Below, piece after piece: positions 39,925 through 49,951 of a stretch of DNA of 64,000 bases; position 1 is the stretch's first letter, and each line of letters begins with the position of its first letter. Source of the stretch: a virus. Below the pieces are notes generated by a model. The model did not search any database. It saw nothing but the letters and a program-made list of their open reading frames with translations, and was not told where the DNA came from. The stretch spans positions 1-64,000 of the IMG/VR virus record IMGVR_UViG_3300047323_000304. One strand, 5' to 3'. The position numbers were made by a program, and so were the translations under genes.

Positions 39925-41925
39925 ATGGCAAATATAGAAATTAAAAATTTGATATCTGCTACACCTAATACTGCTGATTTTGTACCTATAAGTAATAATG
40001 GAAATACAAGAAAAGCTACAATTGCAGAAATTAGAGGTGTAGTAAATGATTTAACTACAGGTGGTACAGATAAATCTCTATCAGCAGAAATGGGAAAGGA
40101 TATTGGAACGGAAATAATAGATGCTAGAAATGGTGAATCTAATTTAAAAATCAGAATAGATAAAGAAGAAAATGATACATTATTAAGAGAATTGGAGTCA
40201 ACTGGTTATGGAGTAATTAGTGGATTGACAATATCAGCACAAGGCACACCTAACATGACAATAAATGTTGCAACAGGAATAGTACATATGATTGATGGTG
40301 TAAGATTGTCTCCAACTGGAGATAATGCTTTGGTAATAACTACAGCAGATTTAGTTAATCCAAGAAAAGATATAATATATGCAAAAATAGATAATACAAT
40401 TGGATATTTAATAGGAACTCCAGCAAGTTCTCCAATAGCACCAGCTACGCCAGTAGGTGCTATTTTATTGTCTGAAATCAATGTATTAGCAAATGCCACA
40501 AGTATTACAAATGAAAATATAACAGATAAAAGAAAAATGAAAAATACTACAGATGATTTGAAAACTTTAGTAGATTCAAATGTGAGTAAAATTGGAGATT
40601 TAAATGGACTGGCTACTACAGATAAGAATAACTTAGTTAATGCAATTAATGAAAATACTACACAATTGTCAGAAAAAGCGAATAATTGGTTGCAAGGAAA
40701 AATAATTAATTTTATGGGAGATAGTATCACATATGGAGTTAATAGTGCTGATAGTGGGAACAGAATGCCTAGACCTTTCCCAGCAGTAGTCGGAACTATG
40801 CTAAATTGTACTACTAATAATTATGGTGTTAGTGGTAGCACCATTTGTGGAGATGGAGGGATGTGCGACAGAGTACTCACAATGGACACAAACGCAAGCG
40901 TGAATGTAGTTATGGGGGGCGTTAATGATAGATACGGTATATTAGGCACAATAAATGATAACACAAAAACTACTATATTTGGAGCGTTAAATATACTATG
41001 CACTAATTTAATCAATACTTATCCAAATTCAATCAATATATTAATTACCCCATTGAAAATTGATGACGTATATTCTAATCCGAATTTAACATTGAGTAGT
41101 ATATCGGAAGCTATTATTGCAATTGGTAATAAATACAATTTTCCAGTAGTTGATTTATATAATGGTTCTCCAAATTTGGAACCTAATATAGCAACCTTAA
41201 AAACCAGATGGATAAATGATGGAATACATCCAAATCAAGATTATGTCGATAAATTTTTAGCTAGAAAGATAACAAATAGTATACTTAGTTTAGATAGTAT
41301 TGGTTTTAGTAATAATGAAATGGCGTATGAAAAAACAAGTAGAACAATAACAGTCGGAGTTGGTAAAAATTTTACTACTATTCAAAGTGCAATTAATTCT
41401 GTTAAAAAAAATATTTCCAGTGGAGTTATTATAGATATAGTTGTTGATGCAGGAACTTATAATGAAACAGTAGTAATACAAGGATTTTACGGTGGCGGAA
41501 CTTTAAGAATTAACAACGGAAGAACTACAATTAATACTATTGTTAATAATGTCATATTATCAAATTGTTCAATAGTTGTATATATAAATGGTATTAATGC
41601 AATTAGCAGTACTGCTCATGGATTTAGTATATCAAATGCTTTAAATACTATATGCGCTTATATTTCAGCAACAGTAACTACAGCAACATATTGTGGATTA
41701 TTAACATTTTCTTGCCCTTCAATACAAGTTTCAAATTCAAATTTTTCAAATCATAATGCTGGGATTCAAGCAGATGGAAATTCTAAAATTTACTCTAATA
41801 CAAATAGTGGAACTGGCAATACTTACGGCTTGGTTGCTACTTCCAATTCTAGTATTGGGAAAAACGGTACACAACCAAGTGGCACAACAGCGGAGGGCTC
41901 TAATACAGGAGGTGTTATAAGGTAA
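39925..41925 (+). CDS. Tail fibre/spike with SGNH esterase and right-handed beta-helix domains
   Basis: IGDLNGLATTDKNNLVNAINE; SGNH blocks GDSITYG, GVSG, GGVND, DGIHPN; then TITVGVGKNFTTIQSAIN. Confidence 0.8.
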   Translation: MANIEIKNLISATPNTADFVPISNNGNTRKATIAEIRGVVNDLTTGGTDKSLSAEMGKDIGTEIIDARNGESNLKIRIDKEENDTLLRELESTGYGVISGLTISAQGTPNMTINVATGIVHMIDGVRLSPTGDNALVITTADLVNPRKDIIYAKIDNTIGYLIGTPASSPIAPATPVGAILLSEINVLANATSITNENITDKRKMKNTTDDLKTLVDSNVSKIGDLNGLATTDKNNLVNAINENTTQLSEKANNWLQGKIINFMGDSITYGVNSADSGNRMPRPFPAVVGTMLNCTTNNYGVSGSTICGDGGMCDRVLTMDTNASVNVVMGGVNDRYGILGTINDNTKTTIFGALNILCTNLINTYPNSINILITPLKIDDVYSNPNLTLSSISEAIIAIGNKYNFPVVDLYNGSPNLEPNIATLKTRWINDGIHPNQDYVDKFLARKITNSILSLDSIGFSNNEMAYEKTSRTITVGVGKNFTTIQSAINSVKKNISSGVIIDIVVDAGTYNETVVIQGFYGGGTLRINNGRTTINTIVNNVILSNCSIVVYINGINAISSTAHGFSISNALNTICAYISATVTTATYCGLLTFSCPSIQVSNSNFSNHNAGIQADGNSKIYSNTNSGTGNTYGLVATSNSSIGKNGTQPSGTTAEGSNTGGVIR

Positions 41926-42164
41926 TGAAAACATTAAAATTTAATAATGAAGAATTTAAAGCAGATAAAATTATAAAAAATGCTACAGATATCATTGGAC
42001 AAGATTTAGAAGGAAATGAGCTATTTGGATTTAGAGGAATATCTGATCTTAGTCAATTTATATTAGAAGAAGGACAAACTTTTGATATTGAATTAACTAT
42101 AGAAGAAAGAATGTCATTAATGCAAAAGGCAATAGATGACTTAACTTTAGGAGGTGCTTTATAG
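41925..42164 (+). CDS. Small tail fibre-associated protein
   Basis: Coupled to the fibre gene; ends MQKAIDDLTLGG. Confidence 0.65.
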   Translation: MKTLKFNNEEFKADKIIKNATDIIGQDLEGNELFGFRGISDLSQFILEEGQTFDIELTIEERMSLMQKAIDDLTLGGAL

Positions 42165-42310
42165 TGGGAGATTACTTAGCACAAAGAATTATAGATGGAG
42201 CATTTACTTATAACTTTGTAATAAGCAAAAAAACAAATCTAAAAACTGAAATAGATGCTTATTTAACTGAAATGGAAAGAATTGATTTAATAACAACTGC
42301 TACACCATAG
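42164..42310 (+). CDS. XkdX-like 48-aa phage protein (not in ORF track)
   Basis: GGAGG SD, GTG start; MGDYLAQRIIDGAFTYNFVISKKTNLKTEIDAYL. Confidence 0.65.
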   Translation: MGDYLAQRIIDGAFTYNFVISKKTNLKTEIDAYLTEMERIDLITTATP

Positions 42311-42400
42311 GATTAGAAGATAGGGCGTAGAAAAATTAAAGATAAAATAAATAATAAACAAAAGATGGACAATATTTAAATACAGAAAGGAATTAAAAAA

Positions 42401-43096
42401 TTGAGAAACATAATAAAAACTTTAGCAATTACTTTTATAATAGTGGGTAGTATAATATTGGTTAAAAGTAGTCCAGTATTTGCGAGTGAAGGCGCATTAA
42501 TCCAAACGGAAGTAAATACAGATTTTCAAAATTCAATCATTTATACAAGTACAACAAGAAGTGCTGTTAATATTGGACAAGTATTTAATGTAGGATTAAA
42601 CATTAATAATGTACAAAATATTTCGGCAGAAGATATAACTGTAAAATATGATAGTGATATATTGAATTTTTTAGGAGTATCAAATGTTAATGATGGATTT
42701 AGTATTATATCACAAACTACTGGAAGTGCAGTAGCTATTACTACACCTAGTTCAATCAGATTTATAATAATAAGTAATGGTTCAGTAATTAATTCACAAC
42801 AAGATATTTTACAATTAAATTTTCAATCAGTTACAACTGGTTGTGGAGTAATATATACTGAGAATGGTAAGATTACTGATGGAACTACTATGGAAAGGAA
42901 ACTAACCGCAAGTGAAATGGGTGGATGTATAATTGCAAAACATTTAGGCGAAAAAGCAGATTGTAACACTGAATATACTATGGATTTGGTCTGTGATGGT
43001 ATAATAGATGAAAAAGATTTAGAAAAAGCAAAAGAATGTTTGTTATGTAATTCAAACTATAATGATTATGAATGTAACAATGCACGAATAAATTAA
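42401..43096 (+). CDS. Secreted cohesin-domain protein with a dockerin/EF-hand-like tail
   Basis: Signal peptide ending VFA-SE; IGQVFNVGLNINNVQNISAEDITVKYDSDIL; C-terminal DLVCDGIIDEKDL. Confidence 0.7.
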   Translation: MRNIIKTLAITFIIVGSIILVKSSPVFASEGALIQTEVNTDFQNSIIYTSTTRSAVNIGQVFNVGLNINNVQNISAEDITVKYDSDILNFLGVSNVNDGFSIISQTTGSAVAITTPSSIRFIIISNGSVINSQQDILQLNFQSVTTGCGVIYTENGKITDGTTMERKLTASEMGGCIIAKHLGEKADCNTEYTMDLVCDGIIDEKDLEKAKECLLCNSNYNDYECNNARIN

Positions 43097-43285
43097 AGAT
43101 AAGTTAAAATGGATTTTTTACTGGAAGTTTGAGAAGTTGACATAATGTTATTAAAGTGGGTTAAACTTAGGTATTACTTTATATGAGACTACTTACCAAA
43201 ATAATTATTATGTCACTCAATCATTGTTTGGAACGTAATTTTGAGTGTAGTAATTAACTCAATAATCAATAGAAACAGTAATTCT

Positions 43286-43316
43286 AAAGGCTTGGTTGAA
43301 ATATATCAAGCCTTTT
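43286..43316 (+). terminator. Intrinsic terminator upstream of the endolysin
   Basis: AAAGGCTTG/CAAGCCTTT stem. Confidence 0.7.
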
Positions 43317-43349
43317 CTCATGCAAATTTTAAAAATAAATTGAAAGAAG

Positions 43350-44252
43350 ATGATTTATAAAATGGGAAAATATATAATTTCTGTTGGTCATACTGCATCA
43401 GGAAACTTAGGTAGTGGTGCTAGTGACTTACTAGATGAATCAAACTGCACTAGAGAGATTTCTCCATTGGTAGTTAAGTACCTTCAAAAAGAAGGACATG
43501 AAGCATATTTATTAAGAGTTGATAAAAGTAATTCTTATAATTTTGAAGATTGTTATGTCCGTGCAAATCAAGCTAACGATATTGGTGGAGATTTGTTCGT
43601 GGAGATTCACTTAAATAGTGGAAAAGAAAGAACAGGTGACGGTGTTGAAGTATGTGTTAATAGTGCAAGTGGAAATACTTCAAACGTAGCACAAAGAGTT
43701 GTAGATAGATTATCTAATGTATTAAATATTGATAATCGTGGATTAAAAGAAGAAAAGCTTATTGTATTAAGAAAAACTAACATGCCAGCTATATTAGTAG
43801 AGTGTATGTTTGTTGATACAAATAATATTAACAACTATAATGCAGATGTTATAGCTAAAGCAATTGCCGAAGGTATTCTTGATAAAGATATCAATACAAA
43901 ACCAGTTCAAGGTTGGAATAAATCTAAAGATGGTACTAAATGGTGGTATTGTACAGATGTAGATAATGGGTATTACTATAAATCAGAATGGAAATTTATT
44001 AATAGTGAATATTATTCATTTAATGATAAAGGCTATGCGAAACAATCAGAATGGGAACTTTATAAAAGTAAATGGTATTATCTAAAAGATTCATGTAAGA
44101 TGGCTAAAACTGAATGGTTATGGATAGATGGAGAATGCTATTACTTCTTTTCTGATGGTATCATGGCTAGTAATATTTTAACACCTGATGGCTATACTGT
44201 TTGCAGTGATGGTTCATGGGACGAGTCTATTCCAAGAAAAATAATAAAATAA
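43350..44252 (+). CDS. Endolysin: N-acetylmuramoyl-L-alanine amidase (Amidase_3) with cell-wall-binding repeats
   Basis: SVGHT, EIHLNS, LRKTNMPAILVECMFVD; C-terminal W/Y-rich repeats. Confidence 0.93.
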   Translation: MIYKMGKYIISVGHTASGNLGSGASDLLDESNCTREISPLVVKYLQKEGHEAYLLRVDKSNSYNFEDCYVRANQANDIGGDLFVEIHLNSGKERTGDGVEVCVNSASGNTSNVAQRVVDRLSNVLNIDNRGLKEEKLIVLRKTNMPAILVECMFVDTNNINNYNADVIAKAIAEGILDKDINTKPVQGWNKSKDGTKWWYCTDVDNGYYYKSEWKFINSEYYSFNDKGYAKQSEWELYKSKWYYLKDSCKMAKTEWLWIDGECYYFFSDGIMASNILTPDGYTVCSDGSWDESIPRKIIK

Positions 44253-44309
44253 AAATAAAAATAAATAAGTTATGCCTAACCTTAAAGGCAATTTTAGGGA
44301 GGAATTAAC

Positions 44310-45107
44310 ATGGATATTAATCAAACATATCAACAAATTATTGGAGAAATCGGAACACTTATTACTATTTTTGCACCTTTATTAACAGCTTATAAACTTG
44401 CTTTGGCACTTGGATTAGACAACTATATTGAAAGTAAAATAAGTTTAATTAAAGATGATAATTTAAGAAAAATTGCAGAAAACATAAAAATAAGAGTTGA
44501 AAATATAACAGTAAATACTATAACTATGATTGAAGCAGTTGAAAAACCTATTATTATTGAAAGTATTAAAAATGGTTCAATGACCAAGGATGATTTGATA
44601 AGTTTAAAAGCTAAAGCTGTAGAAACTATAAAAAATCAATTAACAACTGAAGGAAAAACTGATTTACAAAATACAGTTGGAGATATTAATTCTTATTTAG
44701 ATACACTTATTGAAGCGAAATTAGCAGATTTAAAAGTTAATGATTCTTCAAGTATATCAAAAACAATTTTACCAGAAATCATTACACCTGTTGTAGATAC
44801 TACAGAATTAACTAATGCTAATGTGCAATTACAAGCAGATAAAGATAATTTAACTGCACAAGTAAATCAAATTGCTAATGATAAAGCGAGTGTTGAACAG
44901 GCTAATCAACAATTATTAGTTGAAAAACAACAACTTGAAGCAGATAAACAAGCTTTACAAAGTAAGTTGGATGTTATAAATAATGCTATAGCTACAGCAA
45001 ATATTAGTAATAATATGTCAGCTGGTGGGATTACAGTTAATAATAATGATGCAACTAATATTATGAATGGTATTACTAATACTGCTAATCAAATAACTAC
45101 AATGTAA
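44310..45107 (+). CDS. Holin-like protein (LL-H type) with a long coiled-coil extension
   Basis: Single N-terminal TM; LKAKAVETIKNQL..INSYLDTLIEAKL; follows the amidase; terminator at about 45227-45261. Confidence 0.55.
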   Translation: MDINQTYQQIIGEIGTLITIFAPLLTAYKLALALGLDNYIESKISLIKDDNLRKIAENIKIRVENITVNTITMIEAVEKPIIIESIKNGSMTKDDLISLKAKAVETIKNQLTTEGKTDLQNTVGDINSYLDTLIEAKLADLKVNDSSSISKTILPEIITPVVDTTELTNANVQLQADKDNLTAQVNQIANDKASVEQANQQLLVEKQQLEADKQALQSKLDVINNAIATANISNNMSAGGITVNNNDATNIMNGITNTANQITTM

Positions 45108-45383
45108 TAAAATAAAAAGAATAATATTGCTATAAAATTAAGATTTTAACAACTCTTTATGCTTGAAAATGGAAGTATTTAAGAGTATGAATGAGAATAC
45201 TAGAGTTGAAAAATTGAACATTTTTGAAAAGACCGAGGAATTTTATTTCTTTGGTCTTTTTGTTATGTGAAAAATTAACCACGCTCCTTCATTTAAAGGA
45301 GTGATACTAAATTTATTTTAATGGAGTTCACCTATATGGTGGATTACTAAAAATAAATTATATGATGAAAGAAGGAATTTATA

Positions 45384-46526
45384 ATGAACAAAGAACAAGA
45401 AATTATTAAAAAAGAATTTGAAGGACAAGAAGTAGCTTTTAGAGAAACTGATGGAGTAAGTGAATGTAGGATTAATGAAGTTGCTAAATTTTGTGGTTGG
45501 ACTACTATTGCGAAAAGTGGAAATGAGGTAATAAGATGGGCAAGAGTTAAGGAAAAACTAGAATTATTAGGCGTTGCCAATGTTGGCAATGGTGATTTTA
45601 TACCTGAAAGTATTATGTATCCACTTATCGGAATGGCAGATTTTAAGAAAAATGAAAAAGCTAGAGAATTTATGATTTGGGTAGGACAAGTATTAGTTGA
45701 AATTAGAAAACATGGTGCTTATATCTCTAATAATGAAGAGATTGTAGATCAAGGATATATAAAATATACATATGGACAATTAAAGAATACATTTGCTAAT
45801 TGTCCTATAGAAAGTTTGTCTGAAACATATGATGAATGTATGGATTGGCATAAGAATAATAAAACAAGAATTCCTTTTGCAAATAATTCTAAACGTAGGA
45901 AAGACGCAACACATTCTCATAGTGATAGTAAAATTATGATTATGCAAAAAGTTATATCTGTATTAGAAGACAGAAACTTATTACTTTGTGAAAATTCTAA
46001 ATTTGGATTAATAAGTGAAGTAGATAACACTATAAAACAAATTAAAGATAATATAAAGAAACAACACAATATTAGTAATAGGGGTGTAATAGCAAATAAA
46101 ACTAAGAAAATAAATAAATTACAAGATGAAGTAAATTATCACAATCCTAACTTAGATGACTTTTTAGAACTTCCTATTCACGGTTTTAGTGTAAATTATA
46201 TGTTTACAAATTATATTTATAATGGTGAATTACGCACAAGAAAATCAGATAGTTACAAGATATGGATAGAAAGATTTCCAAAAGATTTAGTGATAGATGC
46301 TTTTAGTAATATAGATTTAAATAGGCCAACAAAGTTGTGGTTGAAGTTTGATTGTATTGAGTCTATGGATGTAGATAATATGGTAAAAAGTATTCAAGAT
46401 GAAATTTCAAGAGTAATAGGTGATTCTGAAGATAATAACATACAACTTGGTTCAGTTGAAGTGAATAAAAGAGTTAAGAATTATAAAGAAGGAAGAATTT
46501 ATATATTGTTAAAAAATATTGAATAA
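45384..46526 (+). CDS. BRO-N-like domain fused to a RusA-like nuclease domain
   Basis: N-terminal DFIPESIMY..KAREFMIWVGQVLVEIRKHGAY; C-terminal FSVNYMF...DVDNMVKSIQD...EDNNI...GRIYI. Confidence 0.65.
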   Translation: MNKEQEIIKKEFEGQEVAFRETDGVSECRINEVAKFCGWTTIAKSGNEVIRWARVKEKLELLGVANVGNGDFIPESIMYPLIGMADFKKNEKAREFMIWVGQVLVEIRKHGAYISNNEEIVDQGYIKYTYGQLKNTFANCPIESLSETYDECMDWHKNNKTRIPFANNSKRRKDATHSHSDSKIMIMQKVISVLEDRNLLLCENSKFGLISEVDNTIKQIKDNIKKQHNISNRGVIANKTKKINKLQDEVNYHNPNLDDFLELPIHGFSVNYMFTNYIYNGELRTRKSDSYKIWIERFPKDLVIDAFSNIDLNRPTKLWLKFDCIESMDVDNMVKSIQDEISRVIGDSEDNNIQLGSVEVNKRVKNYKEGRIYILLKNIE

Positions 46527-46581
46527 AATAAATTATAAAAATGGAGGATTAATTCCTCCTAATTTTAAGGAGAGATTTATT

Positions 46582-46764
46582 ATGAAAAATGAAGAAAGAA
46601 AAGTAATGTTTATATACAATATCGAACAAGTCTCATTTTATATTAGTCAAGGATGCAGACCAATTGATACGGGAGTTCACCCACAAACTAAAATGGTATG
46701 GAATAAATTCTATAAGGATGAAACAGAACAAGCTTATAACTTATGGATGAATAGAAATAGGTAG
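46582..46764 (+). CDS. Small DUF5659-like protein
   Basis: AAGGAG SD; FIYNIEQVSFYISQG..IDTGVHPQTKMVWNKF. Confidence 0.6.
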   Translation: MKNEERKVMFIYNIEQVSFYISQGCRPIDTGVHPQTKMVWNKFYKDETEQAYNLWMNRNR

Positions 46765-46797
46765 ATAGAATATTATGATGAAAGAAGGAATTAATTT

Positions 46798-47694
46798 ATG
46801 ATGAAAGACAAGTTTACTAAATTGCCAAATGACATGATTAAAGGAGATTTTGATTTGAACTCAAAAGAATTAACAATAGCTACAATACTTTTAATGACTA
46901 GGAATGGAAAAGATGTATGTATGTTTACTTTAAAATGGTTGTACGACATATTAAACATAGGTGCTAAAAATACATATAGTCAGAATGAAGTCAAAAAGAC
47001 ATTAAAGATGTTTGCTGATGAAGAGTTATTCTTCTATCATGACAATATATTTTTAGATAATGAGAAAAGTATAGATATTGATTCTATAAGTAAGACAGAT
47101 TTAATATTTGCAGAATTATATCATGATATGCGTGATAGTTTTACTATGTTAATTGATAATGATATAAAACAAATTATAAAACATAGCAATGAAAATAAGA
47201 TTGATACATATTCTCTATTAACTACATACACATATGTCTGTAGTTGTATAAACAATAATGAACAATGTGAAGATTATTTATTATGTTTTCCATCACTACT
47301 TAATATAGCTGATAGTGTAAATATTGCAGAGAAAACAGTATTAAAATACATAAATATACTTAGAGATTTAAACATATTTGTATTTGATTATGCAGGTTAT
47401 AAGGTATTAGCTGATGGAAAAGTAAAGAATGGAAAGATGTTTTATACAAGAGTTGGAAATGAAGAAATATTACTACAAAGACTACAAAAAGAAAGACAAG
47501 AACATGGATATTATAATATAAGTAGAAGACTAAAAGATAAAGGTAATCTTAAAAGATCATTAAAGCAAAAGATAAATGACTTGGAAAAGAAAGCTAGTAT
47601 TAATCCTATAGAGATAGAAGAATTAAAATTAATAAAAGAAGAATATAAAGAACTAAGCTATGAAGAAAAAGAAAAATCCTCCAGTAAGCTTTAG
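46798..47694 (+). CDS. Double winged-HTH replication-initiator-like protein
   Basis: FTKLPNDMI..LNSKELTI N-terminus; CFPSLLNIADSVNIAEKTVLKYINILRDL (HTH_36-like). Confidence 0.6.
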   Translation: MMKDKFTKLPNDMIKGDFDLNSKELTIATILLMTRNGKDVCMFTLKWLYDILNIGAKNTYSQNEVKKTLKMFADEELFFYHDNIFLDNEKSIDIDSISKTDLIFAELYHDMRDSFTMLIDNDIKQIIKHSNENKIDTYSLLTTYTYVCSCINNNEQCEDYLLCFPSLLNIADSVNIAEKTVLKYINILRDLNIFVFDYAGYKVLADGKVKNGKMFYTRVGNEEILLQRLQKERQEHGYYNISRRLKDKGNLKRSLKQKINDLEKKASINPIEIEELKLIKEEYKELSYEEKEKSSSKL

Positions 47695-47778
47695 CGAAAC
47701 TGTAAATTCATCTTCTTATTAGTCTTTCTTCTTCTTAGTATATCTTGTTAGTTAGTCTTATTGTTACACTTTACTGGG

Positions 47779-47863
47779 TTATGCATTTAGTATAACAATT
47801 GAAACGTTGATTTATGAAAATAACTTTATCTTGGAATGTCAGTTTATGCTTTTAGTATAACAA
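47779..47863 (+). repeat. Iteron-like direct repeats
   Basis: TTATGC(A/T)TTTAGTATAACAA at 47779 and 47844 (19/20 identical); partial TTATGAAA copy at 47812. Confidence 0.65.
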
Positions 47864-47936
47864 CTCAATTCTCTATTTATACTATTTTCATAAATTGAAG
47901 GTTAAAGACAAAATAAATTAAATAAGGGGCATTAAA

Positions 47937-48239
47937 ATGAGTGGAGTTTATATATTAAATAATATAAGTAAAAACAAGTCTGATAAGCTATATGTAAAAA
48001 TAGGGTGTAGCAAAGATATTTCAAAACGTGTATCTCAAATAAGAAGTTCATTTAGGTTTAATGGTAACTTAGATGAACTTTCTTTATATAAAACTATAGA
48101 ATGTAAAAACTATAAGGGCTTAGAGAAAATTTTACATCAAATAATGAAATCACGAAAAATAACTAATGAGTGGTTTCTTACCGAAGAACAATTTCTAGAA
48201 TGTAGATTAGATATGGTTGATTTATCAAGGTATAACTAA
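47937..48239 (+). CDS. GIY-YIG (T5orf172-like) protein
   Basis: GVYIL..LYVKIGCSKDISKRVSQI..LEKILH..ITNEWF. Confidence 0.8.
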   Translation: MSGVYILNNISKNKSDKLYVKIGCSKDISKRVSQIRSSFRFNGNLDELSLYKTIECKNYKGLEKILHQIMKSRKITNEWFLTEEQFLECRLDMVDLSRYN

Positions 48240-48469
48240 ATAAATTAAAAAGAATATAAAAAGATTGGAAAGTAAAAATCTAGTCTCTTTTTATCAATAA
48301 ATTAAAAATAAAGTTCACGTAAAATAGTTATTTTAAATCGTCTAGTACACAAATTAATAAAGGAAAGGAGAATTATATATAGGTTTAATAAAAAACTCAT
48401 TTTTAACCAAAAACAAATTTAAACAAAAAATAATAATAACTTAAAGCAATATAAGAGGGGGTTTAACAA

Positions 48470-49897
48470 ATGTCAATAAATAAATTAAATTTTAAAGAAG
48501 GAGATGTAGTTACTCAAGAAGTGTTTGATATTATAGATGTAAATATGACTAATGTTCAAGCAGATATTATAAACAATACAAATCAATTGACAGATATAGA
48601 AAATAGAATTACATGGATAAGTGTAAAAGAAAAAGTATATGGAGCAAAAGGTGATAGAACAACAGATGATACAATTGCTATACAAAATGCCTTAGATATG
48701 GCTTCTGTAAGTGGTGGAGGAACTATATATTTTCCACAAGGAGTTTATTTGATTTCAAGTAAATTAATTATAGACGGGAATTGTAGCTTAATTCTAGATA
48801 ATGATGCAGTGATAAGAGCTACTTCGTCTATGGATTGTATGATAGGATACAATCTGAATGGAAGTAATTCACACATATCAAGAAATAGAATAATAAGTGG
48901 GGGAAAACTTGATGGAAACAACTTAGTTAACGATTTATTACAATTAGCATTTTACATAGGTTTAGATTTACATAATGTAATCTTTTATAATTTTAAAAGA
49001 TATGGATTACACACCCAAGCAGTTACAGGTTCGTCTGCCGAATTAATAGGGAACAAACTATATTTTAGAAATCAAAATGTTGCATTAGGTGCTATCGCTA
49101 TTTATAATCTTTCCAATGATAACCATTTTAATGATATTGTTATACTTGATGTAGAAACTGCAATGGTTACAAACTTTGTAAAAGCTAGTAAAATACACAG
49201 TTGGATAAGTCTTGTAAGTTTAATTCCTAATTCTACATTTGTTAGTTTGCTTAGTAATGCTGGTGGTTCTTCATTTACAGATTGCTACTCTGATACTTTG
49301 AGATATACTTTTAAAACCGTTTCAAGTTCAGCGTCAGCCATTTCCATTAGAGGTCTTAATGTATTATGGAATAAAATTATATATACAGATGCTTTAGCAA
49401 CAACGTATTCTCCAATAATTTTTAAAGGAGATACAAATATGGCTTACAATGTATCAGGTTCAACATTTAATATTAGTTTAATAAACACATATTTTTGTGA
49501 AGTTGCACTGTCATCTACAAGAGTAGCAATATTCAGGGATTGCTTTGTTGAAATTAACTCTACTGGAACAATAATAAATTATACTCCAACCAATTATGAA
49601 TTTGAAATTGCAAAAAGTACAACTTTATTAAAGATTGGAACAGCTTTAAGTTTGTATACAGATGCACCATGTGGAGAATATTTAATTGGAGATATTTCAA
49701 TGTATACTGGTGCGCCATCAGGTGCTAGTGGAGTATACATACTTGAAGTTGCAAAGACTCCAACCTTTTATATTCACAAATTATATCCTCAACCATCAAA
49801 TGTTTCTGGAACATCAGGATTTATATATTATAGATTTTGTACTCCATCAAACGGTTGGTTTACTTCATGGAATAAAGTAGCAACTATAACAATATAG
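48470..49897 (+). CDS. Pectate-lyase-fold depolymerase / second receptor-binding protein
   Basis: YGAKGDRTTDDTIAIQNALD..GGGTIYFPQGVYLIS; no signal peptide. Confidence 0.8.
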   Translation: MSINKLNFKEGDVVTQEVFDIIDVNMTNVQADIINNTNQLTDIENRITWISVKEKVYGAKGDRTTDDTIAIQNALDMASVSGGGTIYFPQGVYLISSKLIIDGNCSLILDNDAVIRATSSMDCMIGYNLNGSNSHISRNRIISGGKLDGNNLVNDLLQLAFYIGLDLHNVIFYNFKRYGLHTQAVTGSSAELIGNKLYFRNQNVALGAIAIYNLSNDNHFNDIVILDVETAMVTNFVKASKIHSWISLVSLIPNSTFVSLLSNAGGSSFTDCYSDTLRYTFKTVSSSASAISIRGLNVLWNKIIYTDALATTYSPIIFKGDTNMAYNVSGSTFNISLINTYFCEVALSSTRVAIFRDCFVEINSTGTIINYTPTNYEFEIAKSTTLLKIGTALSLYTDAPCGEYLIGDISMYTGAPSGASGVYILEVAKTPTFYIHKLYPQPSNVSGTSGFIYYRFCTPSNGWFTSWNKVATITI

Positions 49898-49951
49898 TAT
49901 ATAATAGTATATGATGTAATATATTATAAATTAATGTATGGAGGTTATTGT

